Shown: one piece after another, positions 1-13,113 of the stretch
How the letters are laid out: every line of letters begins with the position of its first letter
How positions within the stretch are numbered: the stretch's first letter is position 1
NCBI GenBank assembly: GCA_010093815.1
Contig: ML996568.1
Length of the DNA stretch: 64,000 nucleotides
Source: Pseudovirgaria hyperparasitica
Lineage: Eukaryota
Strand: one strand, 5' to 3'
The notes under the pieces: generated by a model
What the model was told of the DNA's origin: nothing
Database searches by the model: none
Seen by the model: only the letters and a program-made list of their open reading frames with translations
Translations under genes and position numbers: made by a program

Positions 1-1044
1 CCATTGTGCCGTGGAACATCGTCGACTATAACGTCTTATCCAATCAAGAAAAAGGCCCCAATATTTATGGTACAGAACCATGGCATTTCTATGGTCGAAA
101 CCTGCTCATCAATTTCAATGTGTGGTTTGTGTTTGCTTTATTGTCATGCCCGTTACTACTATGGCAGCATCTGACTCGGCGCCAAAAAATATCCAACATG
201 ACTATCCTGCGGGCGTTCGTCTTCGTCAGTCCCTTCTACCTATGGCTCGGCATCTTTACACTCCAGCCACACAAGGAAGAACGGTTTATGTATCCTGTTT
301 ATCCAGCTCTGGCGCTCAATGCTGCTATGTCGCTACATATTGTGCTTTCCTACATCGGTAGTACGGATCCGCGAGACCTTGCCAGCAAAGTTCCAGCAAG
401 TGTGAAGTTTGGTCTCGTCAGCATATTCATGCTAGGTGCTTTGGACCTGGGTGTTCTCCGAACCCTGAGCTTGGCAACTGGCTACGCAGCTCCACTCCAG
501 GTTTACAGTCCCTTGCGTTCTCCTGGTGTGGCACTGCCAGGCGACAGTATTTGTTTAGGCAAGGAGTGGTACAGATTTCCCTCGTCATACCACATGCCAG
601 ATGGCGTCAAAGCCAAGTTCGTGAAGAGCGAATTCAGCGGTCTTTTGCCTGGGGAGTTCCACCAGACCGACGCGGACTCCGGGTTCTATCCTGCGACATG
701 GCAGGTGCCGTCTGGGATGAATGATAGGAACGAAGAAGATTTAGGAAAATACGTAAGTTACCTTGAGGCTGAATGTGACCAGGGCTCACAAGCCATAGAT
801 CGATATCGCGCAGTGCAAGTTCATGGTAGATTCTAGCTTTCCAAGCACCGTGCCATCTGAACTTGAGCCCAACTATATTGAGCAGACAGACACCTGGGAG
901 GCTCTGAAGTGTGAGGCTTTTCTAGACAGTGCAAGCACTGGCATCTTAGGACGACTTTTATATGTCCCAGATTGGCCTATCGTTCCGGAACGGTTACGTA
1001 GACGATGGGGTACCTATTGCCTGCTACGCAGAAGAGGTTCCTGA
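1..1044 (+). CDS. ALG9: Alpha-1,2-mannosyltransferase ALG9 (GT22), 3' part; 5' end outside the window
   Basis: Motifs YGTEPWHFY, QPHKEERFMYPVYP, CLGKEWYRFPSSY and PSGMNDRNEED. Intron 753-798 (GTAAGT...TAG) joins ORF 6..836 in frame to ORF 823..1044. Confidence 0.92.
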
Positions 1045-1465
1045 ACCACGTCACATTCTTCATTATTGGGTATTCTAAAACTAGGACACGAGCAAAGAAT
1101 AATAGCTACTCGTGTTTGCAGCAATGACTGTCGCGGAGCTTCCACCCGAGCATCTCAGCACTATCATCTCCCAATCGGGAAAAATGGTCCGGCACACCAA
1201 GCTTCGGACAGGACCCATCTACTGCCAAGCTACCCACAGAAAGGGTGTGGCTCATGTAGAGCAACTGCAACTATTTTGTGAGCTGTAATGACATATACAA
1301 GGAAGTTCATATGTGATAAGTGTATATGCTCCAGAAGTTCCCGCAGTATATAGTCTTACGCCTTGAAGTCAACGTGCTCTGGCTGTGTCACCTGTCAGAC
1401 TCCCTACTCTGTTCTGTTTCTTTCTCTTTACACAAAACCCTACTCAACAGAGCTGGGCATAGATC

Positions 1466-2809
1466 ATGGGTTATACGAAACTTTCAAGAAATGTCATCTA
1501 TCGACTGCAAGAAATCCTCGCTCACCGCCCACGGGAAATCATATATCTCATCTTCATCCTCATAATCATCGTCTGGGCTGCAGCACCCGTCATCCGTCGC
1601 CAGCTCAAGCAAAACTCGCCAAGTCGCCCCGGCACTCCTGATCTGGAGAGGCATCGCATAGACAAAGGCGGTTTGTTACCCATCACCCAGTACCCCTTCA
1701 ATCTGACCACTCTCAAGGCAATTCAAACTTCAAACGCCCGGTCGCCGCCCCCTATCCCGACTGGTCAATCACGCACACTAAACCCCTATCATACCGTCCC
1801 TTCCGTCATGGCCCTAAGTACTACATAACGATGGGCCTGCGCAGCATGCACTGGGACGAATGGATTGAGCTCGACAATGAGTTCATCAAGTTCCACGCAC
1901 AGAAAGCAGAGCGCATCGCCGCACGTGGCAAGAAATGCTGCCATACCGCCCCGGACGCGTACGACGGTGCGATCGAGCTGCTCGAGGAGCTATGCAGCTA
2001 CCTGCCACAGCGCTATCCGAGCATGTACCGTAAGACGGATGTCGGCATGGACAATATCGTTACAGGCGAGTCCTTCGATATCGTCGCACGTCCGCTAGCC
2101 GAGGATCCAATGCAGATGGGCGCACGCTGGGTCCAGGACGACCTGGCGATTATGTTTCTGAACCCGGATGACGGTCAGTACTATCTCCGGGCGGGCGCAA
2201 TTCTGCTCGCGGGGTTTTGGCGGCTCGAGGATAAGTTTGGCATGTGTCTGAGCGATATCCATACATCGGGCGACGTGCCTGGGTTTAAGGAGAAGCTGGA
2301 GCGCGGGATGCTGGGTTTTTTCAGGCGGCTGACGCCGGAGAAGCCGATGCTACGGAACAATTATTTCATTCAGGTGGATGATAAGCTAGCGTGGAGTGAG
2401 AGTATCGGGAGTGAGGATAGTGAGGGGATTGGATGGTACAGCGCGGAGAAGAATAAACCGATTATGCATCACTGGTTTAGAAGTGAGAGGCAGAGTCTGA
2501 GACGGTGAGCTATCTGAACGTAGTGAGTATATCTTATGCTGACCATGTACAAGCCTTCCGCGATCGGGAGGGGTTCTGTTCACCATCCGGACGTACTTTC
2601 ATCCTATCACGTCTATAGCTCAGGAGCCGTACGTGCCAGGCCGGTTGGCATCTGCGATCCGCAGTTGGGGCGATGATGTGAGTAGGTACAAAGGAAAGGA
2701 ACAATACGGTGAAGTACTGTTGGAATATCTCGATAAGATGCACGAAAGACAAGTCGCCGATGGTCTGAAGTTAGAGGAGGAAGACAAAGTACGGACTTAT
2801 CCGTGGTAG
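1466..2809 (+). CDS. DUF3445 / HRQ-family protein (heme-dependent oxidative N-demethylase alpha-subunit-like) with N-terminal TM segment
   Basis: Motifs [38 protein letters not shown] and [23 protein letters not shown]. Introns 1671-1717 and 2505-2553 give a continuous frame to TAG at 2807-2809. Confidence 0.85.
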
Positions 2810-3313
2810 GGCAGTGCTCTTCACTATGGGCTGTGAGTTTGGTTATAATAAATTAATGTGCGATATGGCAATGATTGTATTTGTCCAAGCCTCTAAGGGG
2901 CTCAAACCATTTGCAGTTGTGTGAAGTCGAGAGCTAGTGCAAAGACTCATATGGGGTCATACTGGACCGAACTTCGGCAAAGAGATAGCCAACCCCCAGT
3001 CGGCGCATGCGACAGGCCTTTGGTTTTATACAATTTGCATAGTGCCACCGAGCCCGCGTTCATGCAGCTCTTTCAAGAGCGAACCTCTCAATGCGCAACT
3101 CCCTCAAACCTTCAAGGACAAGCCTTTGAAGGAAACCTTAAAGGAACTCCCTTTGAACGCCTTGCCTGTACACCGTACAATAAGCCTCTGTGCTGAGGTC
3201 TTCCCACTAGTCGTAATCGTCGTCACTTCTGGCTCGCTCGATTTGCTCGCTCGTGGTTGCAGCCGTTGTTTTGTGGTGAGGCCCACAGGTGGTGCCGTGG
3301 ACCTCGCCTCATG

Positions 3314-3967
3314 CTAATCAATACCGTGTTGACGTTTGAGAGCTTCTAGATTTTGCTGACGCTCGGCGAGGTCGTTACTCGACTTGGCCATCTTCTCTGG
3401 CTGATGATATAAGACTGTTGGTCGCAAAAAGTGTCAGTACCTTCCTCGTATGCAGTGAGGCCTGAAGATCGCTTGACGTGTAAAGACTTACCGACAAGGT
3501 AACGATTCTGAAAATTGAACCCATTCAGCTTGTCGCAAGCCTGTTTGGCATCCATGACATCCTCGTAAACGACAAATGCGGTGCCCTTGGTGTTATTGGC
3601 AATTCCCTGGCGTATTTGGCTGGAGACTGGTCAGAAACTCTTTCAAGAAGACAGGCTGTCATCAGAATAAAGTAGGAGTATTCTCACCGGACAGGTCCAA
3701 ACTTGCCAAAGAGGTCGAACAAGTCCTCGGGGGTTACGTTGTAGCTACAGTGGTAGGTAAGTGATGTACTCTGGCATTGAAAGTCCTTTCAAGGGTCGCG
3801 GAGGTTCATACTTGAGATTCTTGACGAATAGAGCTCTGTAGAACACAGTTAGATCGAATGTCGTGTGCACGCGCGTCGGATAGATGTAGGGACTGATTGT
3901 CCGGGTTCATCCATCTGATATCCACGTACCTGTTGACTTCGGGGGCTAGCTTTCCAGGTCGACTCAT
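3314..3967 (-). CDS. SF3B6: Pre-mRNA branch-site protein p14 (U2 snRNP SF3b subunit 6), RRM
   Basis: Spliced product [88 protein letters not shown]. Four introns: 3929-3836, 3811-3745, 3687-3620, 3491-3415. Confidence 0.95.
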
Positions 3968-4752
3968 AGCTTGGCTAAAGGAAGTACGAAGTATCGGTAT
4001 ATGAGTATTGGTTGGGCGAGTATGCGCGACTGGTTGTCGTTGCAAAGCGGTTGAGAGTCGTTTCGCGGGGAAGCCAAGAGACCTGGAGGAGGCAGTATGG
4101 AATGGTTAGTCAGCATCCATGGAATCTCGAGCCCGGTCATTCACCCAGCCAGGTCTGGTTCACGCTGCCCGCAGTGGACGACGACGAAGGTCCATATCGC
4201 AGTGCCTCCGCGAAGCAGAAACGCTGTTCCAGTAGCCAAATATACTTCCAAGTGCTTGTGTACTAGATTCCCGTACCTAATATCACACGCAGAGCTGTAT
4301 AGTGTTGTAATATAGCGGTGCGCCATGGTTGCGGGCTGGTGTTTAGACGTCCAGCTTCCTCTCTCTTCCGCAACACCGCAGCATTACCTCCAACCTCCAC
4401 CACACACTTCGACCGCCTCCTCCTACCAATTCCACGTCTGACATCTGCTCTCACGGCGAAAAGCTAGATAACACTCGCTCATCAATCTGCTTCGTACTTC
4501 CGAGCTGTCCTCCTGCTCTCTTTTCGGAGTGTTCAAACGTCCCCCGCTTGTCACATCCCGCGAAGCACCTGCGCAAACATCCGAACGTCTGCCACACTTG
4601 GAACAACTCCCGCAGACCTCTTCACATAAAGTCAAATTAAGAGACTCGCATAGCAAGAGTTGCCAGGATATGCGCTCACCTAGCTTTGCAGCGCTTCAGT
4701 CCTTGGTGTCGGCTCGTTAGCACCCTCGCTCCCGCCAACCTCGTCCAAGACA

Positions 4753-7700
4753 ATGCCTCCGAATAGCTTCAAGAGAGGACCGTTCCCTCCACCTCCACGA
4801 ATACAGGCTCGGACACCATCGCCTCCGCGTGATTCTTACGAGCCTCTTAATCCCGAAGATGTCCTCGACTTCGACCGCTCAAACCAGCCACCCGTGGACC
4901 GATATACAAATCTGACGGGGCGAAAGCTCACAAGCTTTGGCCTACAAGGGACATACAATCATCTTGAAGTGGCGCAGAATGACGCATCTGTGAGAAGGAC
5001 AGATACAAAAAGTGGCCCTAGTAGGTCTCAAGTGCCAGTATCTCCAATTGATGCACTTGCGAATGCCGCGTCGTCCGCGGGCGCGAGCGCGAGTCCACTG
5101 CTTGAAGTTGGCCCTCCAACGCAATCACCAACTTATACCCACGCGCAGCATGTCTTCGTACCGCAGCAGCCTCGGAGTGTAAAGCGGCGCACAGGAGACG
5201 GTGAAGAGCGACCTGCGAAGAGAGCCCGTTCAGAGATGCTCAAATCAGCAGTACACGCAAGTCGTGCCTCACGTCCTGCCACAAGCTATGTGACTCCCCC
5301 GGTGGCCTACAATGTGGAGCAAATGGTCAACAACGGCATGCGTATGCATAGGGAACCCAGAAGGCTCAGCGAGGCGGAAGAGCGTGAAAGGCAACAGGAC
5401 GCGGAGCTCCTCGTCTTCTTCACACAGACGGCATGCTTCAGGAAGAATTCATTTGACCAAAATGCTCACAGGAGCATCGTCGTTACTCGTCCAAGCGAAG
5501 ATGTCGTTCATGACTCACCTCCGAGCGAAAAAGATTCCTCCCACGACGCTATACAAACGCAGACACCACCGGAAGATGTCTATTCTACTAGCATACTCGA
5601 TGAGACTGAAAAGAAAGTGGAAGTAGCTGTGGAGGTCCATAATCCAGAGCGGGACGCCCAGAAAACAGAGCTTGCGAAGGACGTAGACGATCAAGATATT
5701 CCAGGGCGGCCGCTCGAAAGCCCGAATGCACAACACGAAGATCCTATACCAGACCAATTGCAGTCGCCCAAGAGCCTTGGACATGACAACTCCTACCATG
5801 GACAACAGCATGACAAACAGTCTGCGGATAGCCACTCTTCTGATGACATGAAAAGCATACGGCACGACCGGCGGAAATCTGAGGCAAGTGCACAACTACA
5901 GATCGTTACACAGATACACGGCGGCCCTTCATTAACGCGTGGAATTTCCGTCCCACCTGATAATGCGATGCTTATAAGGGAGGCTATGCTGGACAACACG
6001 GCCATACAGGTGCCAACCCATGAGACTGAGCCGGTGACTATCTGCCCGACTTGCAGTTTCTCAAGCTCTATGAACGGCGAGTTGAAAAATTGGATAGAGT
6101 GTTCTGGATGTCAGCAATGGTATCACTTCGCTTGCGCTGGCTTCCGGAGCGATCGTGATGTTCAGAGGGTGGACAAGTTCTTCTGTCGGTCATGTAAACC
6201 CAAATATGGACCAACAACTCGTAAGTACTCATTCCTAGCTGACCGTTCGAGAGCTGATGGACGAAAGTACTACGTAAATCCAAACGCGCTCATCCAAACG
6301 TTGACTACGCAGGCCTGAATCAGGGTGTCATAAGAACACCAGATGACACCCCCGAACATCACTACATTCAACATATCAAGGATGGCAATTTCGATTTCGA
6401 TTCTGAAACATTCCCCCGCATGCGCCCTGAACTCTTAACATTGGACTACTTCGAGAAGAGTGGCTGTTTCACAGAACCCATAGTCATACCGGCAGAATGG
6501 AATCCGCGCCCCGGTGTGCTCGGCGAATCTCGCGCAATTGATGACCAGGAATCTTCTACCGATCCTAGCACGTTCCAACTAGATGACTATGAATACGAAA
6601 ACTACCCTGATGACGGCCAGGATAAGCTGGACATGGTGATGCCCCAAGGTCTTACAGTACGTCGCGTAGCCGAACTCTATGGCCCTCGAGAACCCGTTGA
6701 GGTTATCGAGGTGAAATCTCAAGAGGGCTCGGGCAGAAAATGGGACATGGGCCGTTGGGCGGACTACTACGAGGATACCAGCGAAGAGAAAATCATTCGC
6801 AACGTGATCAGCCTCGAGGTATCTCAAAGCAAATTGGGTCGACTCATTCGTCGTCCGAGGGTCGTACGAGAAATGGACCTCCAGGATGCTGTCTGGCCAC
6901 AAGAGGAAATCGATAAAGGTCTAGTCCCAAAGGTTCAATTCTACTGCCTTATGTCAGTCGCCGACTGTTACACTGATTTTCATATCGACTTCGGAGGCTC
7001 ATCAGTATTTTACCATATCATCAAGGGCAAGAAAACATTTTTTTTCATTCCTCCGAAGCCAAAACATCTAAAAAAGTATGAGGAATGGTGTTTGTCACCG
7101 GCGCAAAACTGGACATTCCTTGGTGGTCAGACCAAAGAGTGTTATCGAGTAGATCTTTCCGAGGGCGACACGATGCTCATACCTTCTGGTTGGATTCATG
7201 CCGTCTGGACTCCAGAAAATAGCTTGGTCATCGGTGGAAACTTCCTGACTAGGATGCATTTTGACATGCAGATTAAGGTTGCCGAAATCGAAAAAGCAAC
7301 CAAAGTCGCTCGCAAATTCAGATATCCACACTTTCAGAAGGTGATGTGGTACTCCGTACTCAAGTACCTGGAGGAAGATCCTCTACCGCAGACTGTCGCA
7401 CAATTATTCTATGATCGCAATCAATTCCACCGAGATGTCCCAATACACCTACAGACTAACAACTTCGGACACAATTCCGTAGCTGGTCCAGAAAATTATA
7501 ATGCACGGTACTACTCAAAGCAAGAAATAAACAGCCTTCCGTCACTGGTCCGATTCGTGCACCGCAACGTCATGATATCTTTAGGTAAGGTTGAGAATAT
7601 AACTATGGAAACCCGAAATGCAGTTTCAAAATCTATACCTAAGGGCCGTGGTGATCCTCTCGAGATCATAAAGACGTTTGCGGCCTGGACGGCTTGGAAA

Positions 7701-9194
7701 CGTGGCAACGAAGACTTACCCGAATGGGCCCATCCCGACACAATGCTACCAGAAGCAGGTGAATTCAAGACAGAGAAGAAGCTAGGCATATCCCGTAAAC
7801 AGCCAGAACGCAAAAGTGGTGACTCGAATCGGCCCGCTGGGTTCCTCTCTGAGCGACAGCAAGTCGGTCTACCTCCAGCTTCCAGTGGCACCTACATAAT
7901 TCCACCGAACATGTCAGATCTGCCTAAGCATCTTAGTACCCCGAAGACATCGCAGCTCGGACCGAAGCGTATCGCTTGTGATGCTTGTAGGAAACGACGA
8001 ATCCGCTGTAAACATAAGGACGATGTAGTCAACGGTGGTGATGGTTCACCGTCGAGCTCGCGCATTGTAGAGCCTGTACAAGCCTTCGCAACACCCGTGG
8101 CGGCTATCGTTGCCACGAGCCCGGAGTCTGTAAAATCCCGTCCGCATGGCCTAGGGACACCTTTTACTGGGAGCAATCTAATGCGGTCAGCCCAGCAAGC
8201 CCTTTCCATGAGTGGAAGCAGTAGTCTGGTGGGTCTACCATCGGAGTCTGTTGATGGCAAGAAAGGTCGGAACAAAGCATGCGTGGAGTGTCGCCGCAGT
8301 AAAGTAGGTACTGTATTACCTGGTACTCCAGCATAGACTGATTTGACCCAGCGTCGGTGTATCCACGATGAGAACGGTGCTATCGATCCAGTCAAGGCCC
8401 AAGAAGCTAAGATACCGAGGGGTACGACTAGCCACAAGAAACGACGATATATGGAGATAGTTGAGCGATCGCAGCGCGAAAAGCAAGAGGCTGGATTTAC
8501 CTCTACAAGTGTTGGAGAGTCATCACCCGAAGATGTAAAGATGGTCAACGGAATTGATACAGCTTACTCGTCCCAGACGCCTAATGGCATAGTCTATGGG
8601 CAGTCCATGGGCGAGTCGCAATACGACCAGAGCATGGACTACGAAGACGAGGAGCATAATGAATTCGACCGAAACTATGAAGACTTTGTCGTCTCTTCAA
8701 TTGAAGATCATAATGGCGCCGGGCAGCCTGAAGCTCATACACAGGATTCTGTGGTAGATTCAGCGATCGATCCGAGTCTGGCGGCAACTGCATTCAATCC
8801 GCCACGAACTCCAAAGCAGGAACATGAAGCGCCTCCGATATCCTCACCATTGTCAGACTTGGTCAATTCATCCCCTCGGTGCCATGTCAACGGGTTAACA
8901 CAAACTGCCAACCATCCGTATTACTCACTGCAAACTCCGCAGCCTGCATCGAGCGCTATGGCGCAATCGCCTCCCAATGGATCAAGTGTTTCGTCGATGA
9001 AAAGAAAGAGTGGCAGCGCTTCGAAGAAAGACGTCAAACCGTTCATCCAGCACAGAAGCCCCATTCAACACGAGCGTGAGACTCCAAAAACAGAAGCAGA
9101 GCTTTCAGAGGAGCAGAGTCTGAAACTAGCGAGGGAGCTGCAAGAATCAGAGTGGGGTTTGCGTAGACGACGGGGGAGCAAACCCTCGGTCTAA
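4753..9194 (+). CDS. JHD1: PHD + JmjC histone demethylase, JHD1/KDM2-like (H3K36)
   Basis: PHD finger (CPTC...WIECSGCQQWYHFAC...FFCRSC). JmjC motifs YTDFHIDFGGSSV, KGKKTF and PSGWIHAVWTP. Introns 6221-6267 and 8304-8351 link three ORFs in frame. Confidence 0.9.
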
Positions 9195-9795
9195 GGAGGA
9201 TGTCAAGTCTTTACACAACGATTTTTATTTCCTTTGTTCCATACGCTGCGGCGTAGTTAACCTGATTTGTGATGCAGAAGCACTCTGGTTGGCGGCGTTC
9301 TTTACCGGTTGGCCTCATTGATATTTGACGTGCTTCTATGACTTGGGTCTGGCGTTGCAGATGGCTATCTGTGTATGAAGGTTTACAATACCCATTAATA
9401 TCGTTGAGGATACTGGTGCAGTTGCGACAGTATCGGTTGGTTGTTATTTACTTCTCTAAACAGAGGAGCACACATTGGATCGTCCTCCAGATCGAATCTG
9501 TAGTGGCAGTTTCTTCCAGTCAGCGCAGAAACATGATTTTTTGTTATATTGCCTATATAACATGATGGGATGTCATGTTTATATACACACACTATCACTA
9601 AATGATCTTCGTCAATTAGTCCCGTACAACAGCTGGTAGCTAGCTCACTCACTATATCTCACACAACACAGCCGCTTGTTCCGATGTTTTGATTGGTCCA
9701 ATGAGCTAGTGCACGTTCCACATATATCCAGCCTCCAAGCTTCAACCGCTTTCTGCTCACTTGCTTCCGTACAACGCCCAGAGCCTTTAAGCACC

Positions 9796-10884
9796 ATGAA
9801 CGATTCTAAGAACTCTGGAGATGAGCCTGTCTTTCGGGTCTCAAAGCGACGAAAACTCATACATAAACGCCATGTAGGACACGACGTCGATACACACCCG
9901 GTCGCGAATGTCTTATCCGCCCCCTCATCCCCGAGCCGTACAGTACAAGATCAAGAGTCAGACACAAAACTATCAATGGCAGAGGTCATCCGTCTTAGGA
10001 GGAACACGAAGGCGCGGCGTGCTGGCGTTGAGTTTTCCAATGCTGCGAAGAATACTGTATCAGAACATACATCACAGCCCGAGGTTTCTGCCTCCTCCAC
10101 TGAGATGCTCGACAATGTGAAAGGCGTGCTTGACTCTGCCTCAGCGCGCTTTGCACCACAGACGGGACAGATAGTGGACTCTCTTGACCTGCACATGTGA
10201 GTGGTGCTTTCTATCATGTGCGCGTCTCTACCATTGACAGCGACTGACGACGTAAGGGTGGCTTATATAGACTCCAAAATGGCTGAGCTGCAACACATAT
10301 CGCAATCTTCGGGATGTGAGAGTACAAGACATGCTGATGATCATCATCCTGCGGTCCACGCTCCAGTCAAAGAACGACAAGCAGCCGGCATTGGGAAACT
10401 TCAAGAAGTCGATCTAGGTCCCCGCAGCACACAGGCCAATATCGAACGTACGGAAGAGCTACGTAGACGTTTACAAGCTCCAGATACCCCAGTCCAACCG
10501 CCCCCTATTTCCAAACCCCCAAGGATCAACCCGAGGACCGGCAAGCCTTTCCGTCCAAAGCACGCACGGCGTACATCCACCGACATTGCACGCGATGCAT
10601 TAGTAGACCAGGTCTTACATGAATCGCGTATACAAATGTACGACGAAGGCGCTATATCGGCAAGAGACAATGCAGACGACGCGGACGGGGCGGCAGACGA
10701 GCGCATAGCTGCACAATTTCAACGTGAATTCATGGACGCACTTCAAACTCGCAAGGACAAGAAGCCACCACCTCCACCAGTTGGAAGAGGTCCAAAATTG
10801 GAGAAGGAGGTGAAAGGTCCAAAAATGGGTGGCAGTCGCAGCGCAAGGGCTGCGATGAAAGCGGCTCAGGACAAAAAAAAATAG
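9796..10884 (+). CDS. Hep_59-domain protein (C9orf78/Tls1-like spliceosome-associated factor)
   Basis: Motifs RFAPQTG...DLHM|VAYIDSKM and ADERIAAQFQREF. Intron 10197-10256 joins ORFs 9676..10200 and 10201..10884. Confidence 0.7.
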
Positions 10885-11136
10885 AGGCATTCCTGTTTGG
10901 GTTGATACATGCTGAAAAGAGGGAGAGACATATCGGGAAGCGCTCATAGGTCAACAAACACAGAAGCAAAAAGTTACTTTTCATGCTCAGTACGTGAAGA
11001 TTGCACTACTTCATGGGCTAACAGGTCGAGCTGCTACTGTTTAATACGCATTCATCAACGCTGCCGGTACATAGCTACGCCCGAAATGCCTTGCCGCAGC
11101 ACTACATATAGCGACGACCCAATACCACGCCGAGCG

Positions 11137-12384
11137 TCAATCTTGTTTAGGCACTGGATCACTGAAATCGCCGGCATCCTGTCGTGCCAACGCTCCCTCC
11201 AATCTAAGTCTCTCAACCTTGTTGCGTTCGGCCCTCTCTGCTTGCTCACGTTGCTCGCCAATGAGATGCTCTAGGGCAAGATTGTCGACCGTCGCGTAAG
11301 GCGGCATCTCAAGAGTCTCAGAATCAGCGTCGGATATCTCGCCTTGATCAGGCTGACTTGATATGGTAGGAGTAGCCTGATGAGGCTGGAAGGCATTGAG
11401 ACGCTGTTGACGCAAGGCGCTGGGTGACGGATGAGTAGAGTCTTGAGTGAGCCCAGGGCCGGCTGGCATAAGTGAAGCAACAGCGTATGGGTCATCTGGG
11501 CGTGCACCTTTATACTCGTCGGCCGGGGTCCAAGCTGGTGGTGGAGTGACTGGGCGCTTCCCTTTACCCCGGCCCTGTGGATCAAGGTCAACCAGGTTGC
11601 CATCGTCGAAGCCACTAAAAGCTTGATCAACACTTTGAGGAGTGAATGAGGCTGGCGCTGCGGCTGACTCAGCATCACCCAGCAGAAGATTCGGGACTGC
11701 ACCAGTACGACCAATTGCTGCATGTGAAGAAGAGCCGCCACAACTCGGACACAAGCCTCGCTCATCAATCTGGATGTATGGCAAACCTGGGCTCATTGGG
11801 TCAAATTCGATGTCGGTCAAGCCGGCGTCAAGTTCATGGTTGCACGTGTAGCGAAGCTTCTGGCGCAGAAAGTTCTTTGGCTTATTCGACGCCTCTTCAT
11901 GATCCAGCTTTGATGCCTCCATAGCAGCTGCCAATTCTGTTACATCATCCATCCAGTCGTGATGTGTCGGTTGCACGGTCTCTTGGGATGCAGCGAGAGC
12001 CCTTGCTATTTCGTCTTCGTCATCTTTCCACTCGCTATGTTGTGGTGGTACGATCTCGGCGGACTCTCTCAGCGCGCGCTCCAAGTCTACTTCTTCTTGT
12101 TCTGATGGACGAATATCTCGAGTCCGTTCTTCTTCGAATGTTCTGTTTGACTCTGCCAGCATCCGCTCGAACTCAGCCTCCTCATCAGCTTGTTGCTGCC
12201 GTTGTGCTTGTTGTTGAGCTTGCTCCAGACAGTCGTGGCATTTCTCTCCCATCGGTATGACTTGCTCCTGAAGAGTGTCACATTGTGGTTCAGGACCGTT
12301 GCGAACGGGGTCACAATAATCGATATGGTCAGCCGCCAAACGGTGTTCGCACTCTGTGAAAACATAGACCTCCTGTCCGCACAT
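11137..12384 (-). CDS. Uncharacterised 415-aa protein with four UIM-like motifs and two Cys/His putative Zn-binding motifs
   Basis: Intact intronless ORF. UIM-like motifs: EEAEFERMLAES, EEVDLERALRES, DEDEIARALAAS, DDVTELAAAMEAS. Cys/His motifs: C..CEH..C..C..CHDC and TCNH..CPSC. Confidence 0.7.
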   Translation of the reverse strand: MCGQEVYVFTECEHRLAADHIDYCDPVRNGPEPQCDTLQEQVIPMGEKCHDCLEQAQQQAQRQQQADEEAEFERMLAESNRTFEEERTRDIRPSEQEEVDLERALRESAEIVPPQHSEWKDDEDEIARALAASQETVQPTHHDWMDDVTELAAAMEASKLDHEEASNKPKNFLRQKLRYTCNHELDAGLTDIEFDPMSPGLPYIQIDERGLCPSCGGSSSHAAIGRTGAVPNLLLGDAESAAAPASFTPQSVDQAFSGFDDGNLVDLDPQGRGKGKRPVTPPPAWTPADEYKGARPDDPYAVASLMPAGPGLTQDSTHPSPSALRQQRLNAFQPHQATPTISSQPDQGEISDADSETLEMPPYATVDNLALEHLIGEQREQAERAERNKVERLRLEGALARQDAGDFSDPVPKQD

Positions 12385-13113
12385 TTTGCTCTGCGGGTAC
12401 TGGGTGGTCTGGGATTCTGTTATTTGGTTATTGGTGGAAGGTTGATTTGAGGACGATGATATCTCGTTCTTTCAAGCAGTCGGAGAAGCTGCGCAGGCTT
12501 TGTATTGAGAGACTTCCTAGTCTAGGTATTGTGACTGGTCACCCAGGTATCATGATACTTGATTTACTGAGAGATACTTGCTGTTCAGGACGTTGCATAA
12601 GATATTCTTATCTTGTAACTGGGCCACATGGTTCTACATCACGATCGTTGCCAATCAGCTATGGCCTCTGAAGATCTTTTAGCTAGCCACTATGCTTTGT
12701 GGGACATGATATAGACCAGTATGAAGGACACATGTGTCTTTCTAACCTCAGTATCTCGCTTTAGTTTGTGTTTACTTGTGAATTATGGCCCCAGCACATG
12801 TACAAAGATCAGGGAACGTAATGTAGAAAATATCATACAAATGTGTCAGTAAATGCGCTCATAGCTACAAACGGCACCTATAAAGTGAAGTGAACTAATT
12901 ATATAGGCAATCCGGATCACGTATCGACTGAACAGAGTCTAGCGCAGTCGCTTGCGGCAACCTTGGGGTAAACAACCTTGCTGAGCGCGCGCCATATCAA
13001 CTTGGAACGCGCCAGTGACATTCATCCTTACAACTTCCTGCCTCTGTATAACAGGACATTTTCATAGATGGCATTTCCGAGAACTCACAGCTGGACGTGG
13101 TATTTGAAACTGA

